Source of the DNA: Salisapilia sapeloensis CBS 127946 | Taxonomy: Eukaryota; Protista; Oomycota | Direction: 5' to 3' | NCBI GenBank assembly: GCA_023334545.1 | Contig: JAADVB010000130.1 | Span: 1-50,992, forward strand | Length of the DNA stretch: 50,992 nt | Part shown: positions 1 to 10,197 of the stretch, one piece after another | Position numbering within the stretch: position 1 is the stretch's first letter | Layout of the letters: every line of letters starts with the position of its first letter | The notes under the pieces: generated by a model | Databases searched by the model: none | The model's input: the letters and a program-made list of their open reading frames with translations, nothing else | Told to the model about the DNA's origin: nothing | Program-made: the position numbers and the translations under genes

Positions 1-209
1 AATATGCATCGATGTCTTCCAATAGGAGTCGACTTTACGTTCAAGTTCAATTGGGCGGAACAGCTTGCCAGTGCTGCTGTAGACTCACCGTAGTCTACAT
101 CTTTTCTGATCCACACAGGCGCAGAGTTACGTACATTTCCATGTAAATTGTAGGCAAGTCCACCAAGAACAAGCTTAACTAGTAACAGAGTAAAAGGATT
201 TCTTCTCAT
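1..209 (-). CDS. Partial CDS running off the left edge, possible secreted protein
   Basis: ATG at 209; frame stays open to base 1: MRRNPFTLLLVKLVLGGLAYNLHGNVRNSAPVWIRKD... Basic then hydrophobic N-terminus resembles a signal peptide. Absent from the ORF track because there is no stop. Confidence 0.4.
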   Translation of the reverse strand, partial: MRRNPFTLLLVKLVLGGLAYNLHGNVRNSAPVWIRKDVDYGESTAALASCSAQLNLNVKSTPIGRHRCI

Positions 210-273
210 TCCTTTTAACGCTAACCAAATATGAAAATTGTACCAAAGCTACAGTCTCCAACACTACGTCCAA

Positions 274-639
274 CTATGCCATGAGCAGGTTTCGGTAGAG
301 GAAGACGCCGAGGCCGAGCAGCATGACGAATACCTGCCACGCCAAGAAAACTTTCATCTTCATGCTAATAGGCTCCTCCTCCTTGGGCTCGCTCGGAGTG
401 CCCCACTTTGCACGATATTCTTCCAGGTCCTTGCAGTCAAAGCAGATTCCGTTCGACCCGGGTGCAATGCGAGAAGGCTTCACTTCCTTATCACACTTTT
501 TGCAAGCAACTTTGACGACGCCATTCCGTTTGTCGGCTTCCTCTTGTTCCTTCTCTTCCTTCACACGCTTCTCGTACTCCTTCTGGGCCAACTGTGGTCC
601 ACGAACCAAATTCAGGTAGAGAAAAAGTAGCGAGTTCAT
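274..639 (-). CDS. Small tail-anchored membrane protein with CxxC...CxxC zinc-ribbon-like motif (5' exon structure unresolved)
   Basis: Charged helix, then CKKC-x16-CFDC, then a C-terminal hydrophobic segment VFLAWQVFVMLLGLGVFLY. The first residues may be intronic (pyrimidine tract and acceptor-like ACCACAG). Confidence 0.6.
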   Translation of the reverse strand: MNSLLFLYLNLVRGPQLAQKEYEKRVKEEKEQEEADKRNGVVKVACKKCDKEVKPSRIAPGSNGICFDCKDLEEYRAKWGTPSEPKEEEPISMKMKVFLAWQVFVMLLGLGVFLYRNLLMA

Positions 640-871
640 GTCTTCCGCCCGCGTCGAGTGATTTACAAGTGGTCATTGCGAGAAACGACGTACGTATCCG
701 GATATGATCCATACGGTTTGACTGTATCCGGTACCTGTCACCTCACTTGGAAAATGTATGTGTCTGACTTCTTTGCCACCCCATAAACAAGCCATCGATA
801 AACCTTTTCGCAACATGTTTAGTCAATGATATCTTATCCAATCGATTCTCTCCTTCCTATCTGATAAATCC

Positions 872-2954
872 TTAGAAAGCATGCCATTCGAGGTCGAGGA
901 CGATGAATCCTCCGCCATTATCTAACAGATACTTTTCCTGCTTGACTTGTCCAGTGGATTGAACATCTGCCAGTGAGATTTTCACGCGACCGATCTCGTC
1001 ATCAGTCGACAGATAGTCCGAGTCCATGACGATAGCTTCGAGATAGTCATGTCGATTATTGCTCACGAGCATATAAAACTTCTCCGCCGGATCCCAGACC
1101 GGATCCAACGTCTTGAGCTTGGTCGTGCTCCTCTTCTCAATCGCACCGACCTTTAGCACGACGTACGGATCGCTTGAACCAGAGTAATCCATCGGTGTCA
1201 GCGTTTCACAAGCACGTAGTGATACGAAGACAGCACCCATGTTCGAGACAGTCGCTGGGAGCATGGCATTCGTGCTAGCTGTTGAGCATTGCGTCGCCGA
1301 CAGGTGCTTGAAGGGATACCACACAAGCTCAAACTCGACTTGAGCGTTTCCTTTCTTGCTTAGCGTAATGACTTCCTTTGATGGTTCATGCGGGTTTAAA
1401 TGGTCCAAGTGGACGTACTTGGAGTCTGCCAACGATAGTCGCCAGAGAGACTCACTGAACTTGAGAGTCAAGTGGAGGTCTTGCGTCTGAGGATCCAGTA
1501 CCAACAGGTTAAAGTGGAGAGGACCAAAGTCACAGGACGATCGGCCGTAGACAGTGTCGGTGGATACTTCCTCCTTCCCGACTGCCATCTGCAGCTTGTA
1601 GGCAAATTGACCAGACATACTCGAGACGTAGGATGTGGGGGACACGCCACGTAGCGTCAAGTTCTTGATCATGAGCATACCTAGCGGTTTATTTGCGGAC
1701 AAGAGGTCCATTTCGAGCTGACTGAGGTCGTCCACCATAGGAATGACCTTGCGATTGGGCCATGTCCAAGTACTGTCTAGCGCTTCCCTCACTTGCTTTC
1801 GAAGCGCAGAGGAAAGAGCTGGCATCTCCATCAAGTTCATGTGCATGGTATTAAGCTGGAAATTGACAGTCGGTTTCTCCGTAAAGCAAAGTGTTAGAGC
1901 ACCAAAGGTAGGCCATCGAGGAAAGAGAGGTTTAAACTCCATGCGAAGTGTACCTCGGAGCAAAAAGTCAGTGAGCTCCACTTGCAGATTGAAGTTCGAC
2001 TCTGGATTGCCGACAGTCAAGACAACTTCCGAGTTTTGAGTCAGGAACAAGAGGTCGAGGTCTAGCACGATCTGTTCATCCAACGTCCGATGGGTTTTGA
2101 CGCCGTTCACAACAGGAGCAGCGGTACCGAGATCGACTGCACTGAAGCTAACGTCTGTGAACTTTAGCTTTTGTTTTATACCTTCGAGGCTCGGTGCAAA
2201 GGAATCACGCAAGTCTTTCGCTAGAGCGACTTTCATATACGGCCACAAGGTCGCTACGCCTTGATTAAACCATTCGCACTTTTCGACGTCGGGGTATTTG
2301 ATCCAGTCCGGCATGTCGTTCTGGAGTAGACCTCGTAGAGTATGACGCTCAAGGCCATTCAGGAGCTACAAGATAGAATTAGACATAGAAGTTGAATGTA
2401 TACACCTTCCTACGAACCTGGTGCTTGGTGTTTGGCGTGAGAGGAGCATAGGCAGCATTAAACTCAGTGCTTTTGAGTCGAAAGAGGAAGGTGGCGAGTA
2501 GAATGAAAATGGACAGGACATAGTGGCTTTGTGCTGCAACATAGAGAGACAAGATGCCAGAGACTAATGCAATGACTTCTGCGGTAGGTGTCGTGAGTAA
2601 GCGGTCCTTATACCCGTGTCCGATCTGGAGCCCAATGGGCGGATGGGAACCTGATAAACTTTGTACCTTTTGCTTCCCACCACGTTTGGACCGAGTTAGA
2701 TCATTGTTGTTGTTTTGCTGTGTCGGTGTCGAACGGATGAAAGACTGCGAGTGCCGATGTAGGTCTTTCGCTGCCTGTACTTCGAGTGGATCATCCTCGT
2801 CCGTGTCATCCGTTGAGCTCACACTTGACAAACGTCGATGCGTCTGACGTTCTTTCGTAGGTTGCTGCTGCGAGTACAGAGCTGCAAAAGAGATGGCGGT
2901 GGCGGTGGCGGTGACTGCGAGCCACGGCCATTTCTCCTGCATGCCTTGGAGCAT
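872..2954 (-). CDS. Extended synaptotagmin / tricalbin-like lipid-transfer protein (TM segments + SMP + 2 C2), 2 exons
   Basis: Exon 1 2954-2406, 40-nt GT-AG intron 2405-2366, exon 2 in frame (RRK|LLNGLERHTLRGLLQNDMPDW). SMP start MPDWIKYPDVEKCEWFNQGVATLWPY. Final C2 has acidic loops MDYSGSSDPY and MDSDYLSTDDEIG. Confidence 0.9.
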
Positions 2955-3217
2955 ATCGGGAAGTGGGACAGATCGACTGCTGGCAGGATCAAAATTCTGG
3001 TAGAAGGCGATGGAATTTCTAAAAGAGGCTGCTTCTAGTCAATGTTTGGTAAAGTAGAGTAGAAATGCAATTCATTGTTGAAGTAGAGTATCCTTAAGGG
3101 TCGGATGAAGTTGAAGGCGCAATAGAGTTTTAGTGTGAAAAGGCTAAAGATGGCTATTAATTATTGTCTAGGTTCGTCTTGTATCTGCCGAAATGCGTCG
3201 ACTGTGGGGTGGTAGGA

Positions 3218-3506
3218 CTATAAGAAAGCGTAGACTGCTCCTCCGATCGCTGCTAGCAAGAGTACAGCAGTAATTGACACTACGACTGTGTTATAGGAAG
3301 ACTTGTCTTCTTTGAATGCTAGAATAGAGGTCATATTAGCCATCGATAAAGAAGCAACACGCACAGAAAGTAAAAGTGAGCTTACTGTTTCCTGGAATCG
3401 CATAGCGAGAACGAAGCTGGGCTGCGCTCATATCGCAATCGCGGACGGAGCCTCCTCGTCCATACCTCTGCCTCAATTCACTTGCGCTGAATCCGTCGTC
3501 GACCAT
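3218..3506 (-). CDS. 73-aa tail-anchored microprotein with an internal duplicated motif, 2 exons
   Basis: ATG 3506, intron 3385-3319 (GTAAGC...CTAAT...CTAG, 67 nt). Spliced: MVDDGFSASELRQRYGRGGSVRDCDMSAAQLRSRYAIPGNTFKEDKSSYNTVVVSITAVLLLAAIGGAVYAFL. Confidence 0.75.
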
Positions 3507-3755
3507 TGCTATTATCCGCGTCTTTTCAATCTGAATTACTTGTATTCGTTTCTTCGCTAGCTGCAATTCTATTTTCGTACAAATTGACTGCCTTCCAGAA
3601 TAAAGCGCCTCCGTTTGGTAAACAACAACAATGTTTGCATGACTATCCTGTAGATCTTCACTTGATAAAGAAGTTGTAAATGTGAAATGCATCTATAACT
3701 TTAGTAGTAAAGTTGTGAAGGGAACTTTTCTAATTGGTCCTATCTAGATCAAAGT

Positions 3756-6700
3756 CTAGCTGGCATTCATTTGCCTAGCGATGAGAGACTTGTAGACACC
3801 ATTCTTAATCTCCATCAACTCGTCGTGCGTCCCTTGCTCCACAATCGCTCCGTCCTTGGTCACAGCAATCAAATCGGCATTCCGGATCGTGGACAATCGG
3901 TGTGCTACGATAATCGTCGTTCGACGTTTAAGAGCTAAAAGACGATCCAGAGACGCCTGGACAATCTGCTGGCTCTCGTTGTCCAATGCACTCGTGGCCT
4001 CGTCCAGTAGCAACACTTCTGGATCTCTTAAGATGGCTCGAGCTATAGCAATCCGCTGTTTTTGACCTCCGGAAACTTGGGCTCCATTGTCACCAACATC
4101 CGTGTCGTATCCATCCGGAAAGTTGCAGATAAAGTCATGTGCGTTCGACTTCTTGGCAGCGTCCATCACATCTTCTCTCGTGGCTTCCGGTTTGCCCATT
4201 GCAATGTTCTCTGCGATGGTACCGGAGAAGAGAACAGGTTCTTGACTAACAAGAGAGATGTGGTCTCGGAGCCATGGTAGACAGAGATCTTTTAGGTCGA
4301 CGCTATCGAGTGTGACGACACCGGCGTCAGGATCGTAGAAGCGTTCGAGGAGTGAGATGGCCGTACTCTTGCCGCTTCCACTTGCTCCAACGAGTGCCAC
4401 GGTGTCACCTGGTTTAATGTTGAGACTGTAGTCGTTGTAGATGACTGCGTCAGGCCGAGCAGGGTAGGCAAACTTGAGATGGCGGAACTGAAGTGCGCCT
4501 TCAACACTCTCAAATTTCCGTCCAGTCGCGTCCGTTGCGTCGATGAGAGGTTTGCGGTCGATGATGTTAAACACCCTGGCAGCCGCTCTTTTGGCTGTGT
4601 TGCTGTCGGTTGCGCTTTGGGACGCTGTCCCAGCTGCAAACGAACTGAGCATGATCACCATAAACACCATGAACATGTCTTCAAACGAGATGGTGCCGTT
4701 GCTCACCCATATGCCAGCGACATAGAACAAGAGTGCTAAGACTAAGAACAAGGAGCATTCTGAGAAGCCACGTGCTGCTCCGCCACTAATCCCACCTTTT
4801 TTGTCGACTTCCTTGGCCTGATCGAGGTACCCGTCATAGTTCGTGCGAAGCGGTTTCTCCATCCCGAAGGATGCAACAGTGCGGATGGATCCAACTGCTT
4901 CAGAAAGTAGAGCTCCTGCTTCATTTTCTGGATCATTCGTGCTTCCATCATTTTTCGACATGTAAAGCGCCTGAAGGTACGATGACAGCATGAAAAGAGG
5001 TGTGCAAGCAAGTAGCACCAGCGTCATTTGCCAGCTATACAAGAAAGCAATGACAAGGGCTGCACCCATGGCTATGAACTTTAGCAGTCTAGCGTTGAGG
5101 GTGTCGGATGTCACCGCTTGAAGGATGGCTGAGTCGGTTGCTAGTCGAGATACGAGCGCACCGGAGGAGTTTTGCGTTTGATCAAACCATCCAATCTCTT
5201 GATGGAGCATGGAACTGTAGGTAGATAACCGAACGCGACGGGTGAGTCTTTCGGCAACAACACCGAAACCGTACTGCTGTAGGATAGACGACACACCGAA
5301 GGCCACGCCAAGACACAAGAAGCCGATCGCCCACAATTGCGCCTCGTTAAGCATCTCTTCACGTGTCTTTCCAATCGTAAAGAGGAGGACGGTCACTTTG
5401 GTATATAGGAAACCCCAGACAGGATATGTGCAAGCGTTTACGATGGCACCGATAACGCCAATTACCATGAACTTCCATTCCGGCGTACTCATCTTCCAAA
5501 TGCGCCTGGTTGAAACTGGTGCAAGATCTTTGTCACCTAGTTGCCCATCCTCATATTCTTCATTTGCGTATTGTTGCATTTTACTGGAGTCACGACGCTC
5601 TTTACGGGCAAGATCATCTTTCTCGGAGGTACAAGATGAGTTCCTTTTTGGTTTGAAGGACGACTGACGGCTGACTGGTAGCTGGTCAACATTGTCAAGT
5701 CCTTCGTCGCCCTTTTGGTCACTACCAGAAGAGTTATGCGACTCTACTAGGCGTCGGTAATGACCATCCTCAATCTTCATAAGCTCGTCGTGGCTACCCA
5801 ACTCGATGATGGATCCCTTGCTGTGGACAGCAATCTTGTCAGCGTCTCGAATGGTTGAAAGACGGTGGGCAACGATGATCGTCGTCCGCTTGGAGTTTTT
5901 CACTAGTTTGTCCAGTGACTCTTGCACAATGTGCTCGCTCTCCGTATCCAGAGCACTCGTGGCTTCATCTAGCAAAAGAATCGGAGGATTCTTGATAATA
6001 GCTCGTGCGATGGCAATGCGTTGCTTTTGACCTCCTGAAAGCTGTGCGCCTCGCTCGCCGACTTCCGTGTCAAATGCCTGTGGGAATGTCATGATAAAGT
6101 CATAGGCATTCGCCATCTTAGCTGCCTCTCGAACGTCTTCGTCTGACGCCTCAGGAGCACCGTAGCGGATGTTCTCCATGATGGTCGTGGCAAACAACGA
6201 TGGCTCCTGACCGACGAGTCCCACCTGCTTGCGTAGCCACTTGACGTTCAACTGGCGAATGTCTTCTCCATCCAGTCGCACCAATCCACTTAACGGATCG
6301 TAGAATCGTTCTACGAGCGACACCACCGTACTCTTACCACTTCCGCTTGGTCCGACAAGTGCCACGGTTTCACCGGCCTTGATTGAGAGTGAATAGTTCT
6401 CGCATACTTTGACGTGCGGTCGAGAAGGATAAGCAAATGTTACCTCCTCAATCACAACGTTCCCATCCACCTTGTCCAAAGTCTTTCCAGCATCTGATAC
6501 TGAATCGATTTTAGAAGGCAGATCGATGACTTTAAAGACGTCGTATGCAGCTGCTCGGGCGGACATCAAAGCCTGAGCACTAGGTCCGGACTGGCCCAAT
6601 GCTTTGGCTCCAAAGATGACCGCGAAAAATATTGTAATCACTTTTCCTCCGTCGTAGCATCCACTGCCCTCGCACACGGTGTCACCGAGGTTGTCGTCAG

Positions 6701-7637
6701 CCACCTTGACGGCGCCATAGTAGAAACCTCCGCTGTAAGAGCAGTAGGTCGCAAAGAACATCAGTCCAGTGCCGAACCCAGCAGCTACTGCTTTCTTAAT
6801 GCCAGCCTTTTCGGATATTTCAAGCGCTTTATCGTACTTGTTCGTAAAGTAGTTAATCGAGTTGAACATGTGCACGGTTCGGACATTGCTCAAGGACTCT
6901 TGGGCGATGGCACCAGCTTGGCCGTATGCGTCAATGCTGCGCTGGGTAGTTTGACCCATCACTTTCATGCTGAAGTAAGCGATTGCTGCGATGAAAGGTG
7001 TAAAAGCGAGGAGCAAGAGAGATAGTTCCCATCCTTTGGCAAAGCCGATCACAATACCTGTGACGCCCATGGCAAATAAGTTAAGTGCATCTCCGATTTT
7101 CCGGCCCATTCCCTGTTGAATTGTAAAGCTGGATTCAGACACGCGAGTGGCTAGCTGCATTGGGTCGTTCACATCAAACCATCCAATGTCTTTTGTCAAG
7201 ATGGCATTGACGTAGGCGCTACGAATGCGTTTCGCTTGGCGAGAAGCTGTAATCGACCAGCAAGCAACTTGCAGAAAACCAGTGATCAGGGCAGCGATAC
7301 CGGCCAAGGCGAAGCGTAGGGACACAGTGCTGATCGGTCCCGTGATATCCACACCTTCATTAGTTGAAGCAGGATTGAAAGCATTTAAAACATCTCCGAA
7401 GAGCACGATTCGTAGAGGCTCCGCAGCACCTGTGGCACATGCGCCGAAAGTCCCGATGACCATGAGTAGTTTGTCAAGGCCATCCGCGTAGGAAAATAGT
7501 TTCGTAAGAGGTACAGCATTCGCCTCCTTCTTTTCCGTGGCTTCGCTCGTATCTTTTGGAGTTGAAGGCCTGTTTGGACTAGGACTTTTAACTACATGAT
7601 AGTCTGCCCCTCCATGACCGGTAGCTGAGCTTTCCAT
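3756..7637 (-). CDS. Full-length ABCB (MDR/P-glycoprotein) transporter, TMD-NBD-TMD-NBD
   Basis: 1293-aa uninterrupted ORF. Walker A GPSGSGKST and GASGSGKST, signatures LSGGQKQ and VSGGQKQ, Walker B LLLDEATSALD twice, H-loop AHRLSTI twice. Confidence 0.97.
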   Translation of the reverse strand: MESSATGHGGADYHVVKSPSPNRPSTPKDTSEATEKKEANAVPLTKLFSYADGLDKLLMVIGTFGACATGAAEPLRIVLFGDVLNAFNPASTNEGVDITGPISTVSLRFALAGIAALITGFLQVACWSITASRQAKRIRSAYVNAILTKDIGWFDVNDPMQLATRVSESSFTIQQGMGRKIGDALNLFAMGVTGIVIGFAKGWELSLLLLAFTPFIAAIAYFSMKVMGQTTQRSIDAYGQAGAIAQESLSNVRTVHMFNSINYFTNKYDKALEISEKAGIKKAVAAGFGTGLMFFATYCSYSGGFYYGAVKVADDNLGDTVCEGSGCYDGGKVITIFFAVIFGAKALGQSGPSAQALMSARAAAYDVFKVIDLPSKIDSVSDAGKTLDKVDGNVVIEEVTFAYPSRPHVKVCENYSLSIKAGETVALVGPSGSGKSTVVSLVERFYDPLSGLVRLDGEDIRQLNVKWLRKQVGLVGQEPSLFATTIMENIRYGAPEASDEDVREAAKMANAYDFIMTFPQAFDTEVGERGAQLSGGQKQRIAIARAIIKNPPILLLDEATSALDTESEHIVQESLDKLVKNSKRTTIIVAHRLSTIRDADKIAVHSKGSIIELGSHDELMKIEDGHYRRLVESHNSSGSDQKGDEGLDNVDQLPVSRQSSFKPKRNSSCTSEKDDLARKERRDSSKMQQYANEEYEDGQLGDKDLAPVSTRRIWKMSTPEWKFMVIGVIGAIVNACTYPVWGFLYTKVTVLLFTIGKTREEMLNEAQLWAIGFLCLGVAFGVSSILQQYGFGVVAERLTRRVRLSTYSSMLHQEIGWFDQTQNSSGALVSRLATDSAILQAVTSDTLNARLLKFIAMGAALVIAFLYSWQMTLVLLACTPLFMLSSYLQALYMSKNDGSTNDPENEAGALLSEAVGSIRTVASFGMEKPLRTNYDGYLDQAKEVDKKGGISGGAARGFSECSLFLVLALLFYVAGIWVSNGTISFEDMFMVFMVIMLSSFAAGTASQSATDSNTAKRAAARVFNIIDRKPLIDATDATGRKFESVEGALQFRHLKFAYPARPDAVIYNDYSLNIKPGDTVALVGASGSGKSTAISLLERFYDPDAGVVTLDSVDLKDLCLPWLRDHISLVSQEPVLFSGTIAENIAMGKPEATREDVMDAAKKSNAHDFICNFPDGYDTDVGDNGAQVSGGQKQRIAIARAILRDPEVLLLDEATSALDNESQQIVQASLDRLLALKRRTTIIVAHRLSTIRNADLIAVTKDGAIVEQGTHDELMEIKNGVYKSLIARQMNAS

Positions 7638-7692
7638 TGGTATTGAACGCGTTTAACTCAAGCTATAAACGCGTGTGCAGGCAGTTAGAAGT

Positions 7693-7706
7693 GAAAGTCC
7701 AAATGA
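7693..7706 (-). promoter_or_regulatory. Oomycete INR/FPR-like core promoter of the ABCB gene
   Basis: Minus strand TCATTTG-GAC-TTTC fits the oomycete consensus TCATTYB-NNN-WTTY, about 56 nt upstream of the ATG. Confidence 0.5.
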
Positions 7707-8960
7707 AGCAATTCGAGGATTAAAAATCGCAGCGATAGCATTGAAAGTAGAAGTTGGATAGCAGTGACATTTATATCCGCAGAGTGCATTCGGCGAAGAT
7801 TGCGTCCGGTCACGGAACGAAGGAACGTGACTTGCGGTGAACAGATGCCATGTAGCTACTTCCGTTTGAAACCGAGGGTTTCGATTTGAGATAAAAGCAG
7901 TCGATTTCATCTGAGGGCATGAGCAATCTCGCGCCACCATGCTAGAATGCATCCAGCTTTAAGAGTAGCGAACTCAGTCTGTCAAGTGATATACCAACTT
8001 TATATGGAGTGAAAGATGATGACAAAGAGCGGGTGCAAAATATACCCGTTCCAGATTACCGGCAATGCAGACCTTGTAGAATCAATCAAAATCATAATTT
8101 CGTGCATTATAGCACTCAAAGTCTTTCAAAGAGAAGAAAAGTTAGTGGAAGAGTATCATAAAGCGATTTGCAAATATAGACAGAGATTCATCGTCTAGCA
8201 CAGGGCCCCGAATACTGGTGAAATGAGTCAGCTATTGGACCATATAATGCAATGGAGCATAGGACCAAAGGACAGGCACAGCACAACAGTGCAACCATCA
8301 GTACAGAAAGATTTAGCCGCTTTTCAGTTCACCATCAACAGTTTGTGCCATGAAAGCTTCGCTTTGTACTGAGCAACAAATTTACGCTACGAGAGGATGC
8401 ACATCTATACGTGAAATTGCTCTAGCTTTGGTTCCTACGAGAATGACAAATCCTTCTTCAGTAGCATAGAACAGCATACCTCCATTCGACTGCTGACATA
8501 AGGGACTGTTCCGCGCACGAATCTCGCATCACTTCACAGATGGTCATCAATCTGTATCGCCTGTTCAGCAATCACTCCAATTGCTTCGATCTATTGTTTA
8601 ACCTAAATGCGTGGTGGAATCAAGACGGCATTGTAATGTTCAGGCGCAAGATTGCTTGGATTCTATCACTTTGGCGAGTACTTGCCTAGACAAGATGACC
8701 AATGCTATCAGTCATGACTATGAAATAACAATAAAAGAAGCGAGTTCGATGCTTTTTTGGCAAGAAAGTAAAATTATTCTTCATGGACAACGATACGGTT
8801 CATCCCGATTACTCTGAAGAGCATTTTACATCTCCCAAAGCAATGGAAATTTCGCGCCAGAGCCACTAATCGCTAAATGACTTCACTTCAACTTCAAATA
8901 AACTGCGCATGCGCATTTAAACGACAACACAAAACGCATTCCACTCAAATTCGAAGAATC

Positions 8961-10136
8961 ATGCCTCAATTGGATCAGATAGCTGAACTGCATGGACACA
9001 GTGAGCGTGTATGGCACGCTGCTTGGACGATGGATGGGAAGATGCTCGCGTCATGCAGTGGAGACAAAACCATTCGAATTTGGGCTGTAGGCAGGACCGA
9101 AAACCGATGGGAATGTGTCGCTGTCTTGGAGGATGCACAAGAACGCACCATTCGCAGCTGTGAATGGTCTCCTAGTGGCCAATTCCTAGCATCGGTAAGC
9201 TTTGACTCGACTGTGGTTGTCTGGGAAAAGCAAGGCGAAGCGTACGAGGTTGTGGCATCGCTTGAAGGCCATGAAAGTGAAGTGAAGAGCGTCTCGTGGA
9301 GCCCGTCTGGGTCGTACATTGCAACGTGCAGCCGTGATAAAAGCGTTTGGATTTGGGAGGCTGACCCAGACAATGACTTTGAATGCGTGTCCGTTCTACA
9401 TGGTCATACGCAGGATGTGAAGTTTGTCAAGTGGCACCCAACCAAGGAACTCTTGTTCTCAGCCAGCTATGACGATACAGTACGCGTATGGGAAGAAGAC
9501 CAAGGTATAATTACTTTGTACTTGTACATGTTAGATCGATTAAATGTTTATGTTGATTGGTATACAGACGACTGGGTCTGCACTGAAGTACTTCATGGTA
9601 GGAAGACTTTTGTACGTAGTGATATGCTGTGTACTGATGCATGCTATCACAGGACATGAATCAACGGTTTGGGGACTGGCAACGGATCCATCAGGCGATC
9701 GCATTGCGACTGTATCAGACGATAAGTCGTTAATCATTTGGAAATTCCATAGCGACAGCCAGGATGTCCGTAGCGACGGCAGGTACGACTACTATCGATA
9801 TTATCTATTGCAATCATCCATACATATAATAATTTGTATAGTCCGATGCGATGGAAACAGGAAGCCACACTATCCGGATACCACCGACGCACAATCTTCA
9901 GCGTCGATTGGTCGTATCAGAATGACTTGATTGTCACAAGCGGAGCGGATGATGCCATCTGCGTCTACCATAAGACGGACCAAGCGGTCGAAGCCGTGGC
10001 TCAACAGTCAAATGCCCATTCGAGCGACATCAATTGTGTTCGTTGGAATCCCGTCATGCAGGATAGCTGTCTGCTTCTTGTCTCTGCTGCGGACGATGCC
10101 ATCGTGCGTCTATGGAAACTCGATCTTTCGAAATAG
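8961..10136 (+). CDS. CIA1: Cytosolic Fe-S cluster assembly WD40 protein CIA1/CIAO1, 4 exons
   Basis: LHGHSERVW, QERTIRSCEWSP, LEGHESEVKSVSW, VLHGHTQDVKFVKWHP, AHSSDINCVRWNP. Introns 9505-9567, 9598-9652 and 9783-9841 each restore the frame. Confidence 0.95.
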
Positions 10137-10197
10137 AACTTTTCTTTTCTTAGCTTTCTAAATGCGCATATTGAAGAGTCTGCTGCCTACTTCTACC

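Noticed and set aside
430-470. GTTCGACCC resembling a tRNA T-loop
   Set aside because: The T-stem pairs poorly, no D-arm or acceptor stem is present, and it lies antisense within a CDS.
3336-3692. 118-aa ORF as annotated
   Set aside because: Only the middle part is coding; the 5' part is upstream sequence and the end runs into the intron of the 73-aa gene.
5242-5667. 141-aa plus-strand ORF and other antisense ORFs inside ABCB
   Set aside because: Shadow frames of a long coding sequence with no recognisable motifs.
3756-10136. ABCB next to CIA1 as an Fe-S export/assembly pair
   Set aside because: The ABC protein is a full-length MDR type, not the half-size mitochondrial Atm1/ABCB7 type linked to CIA.
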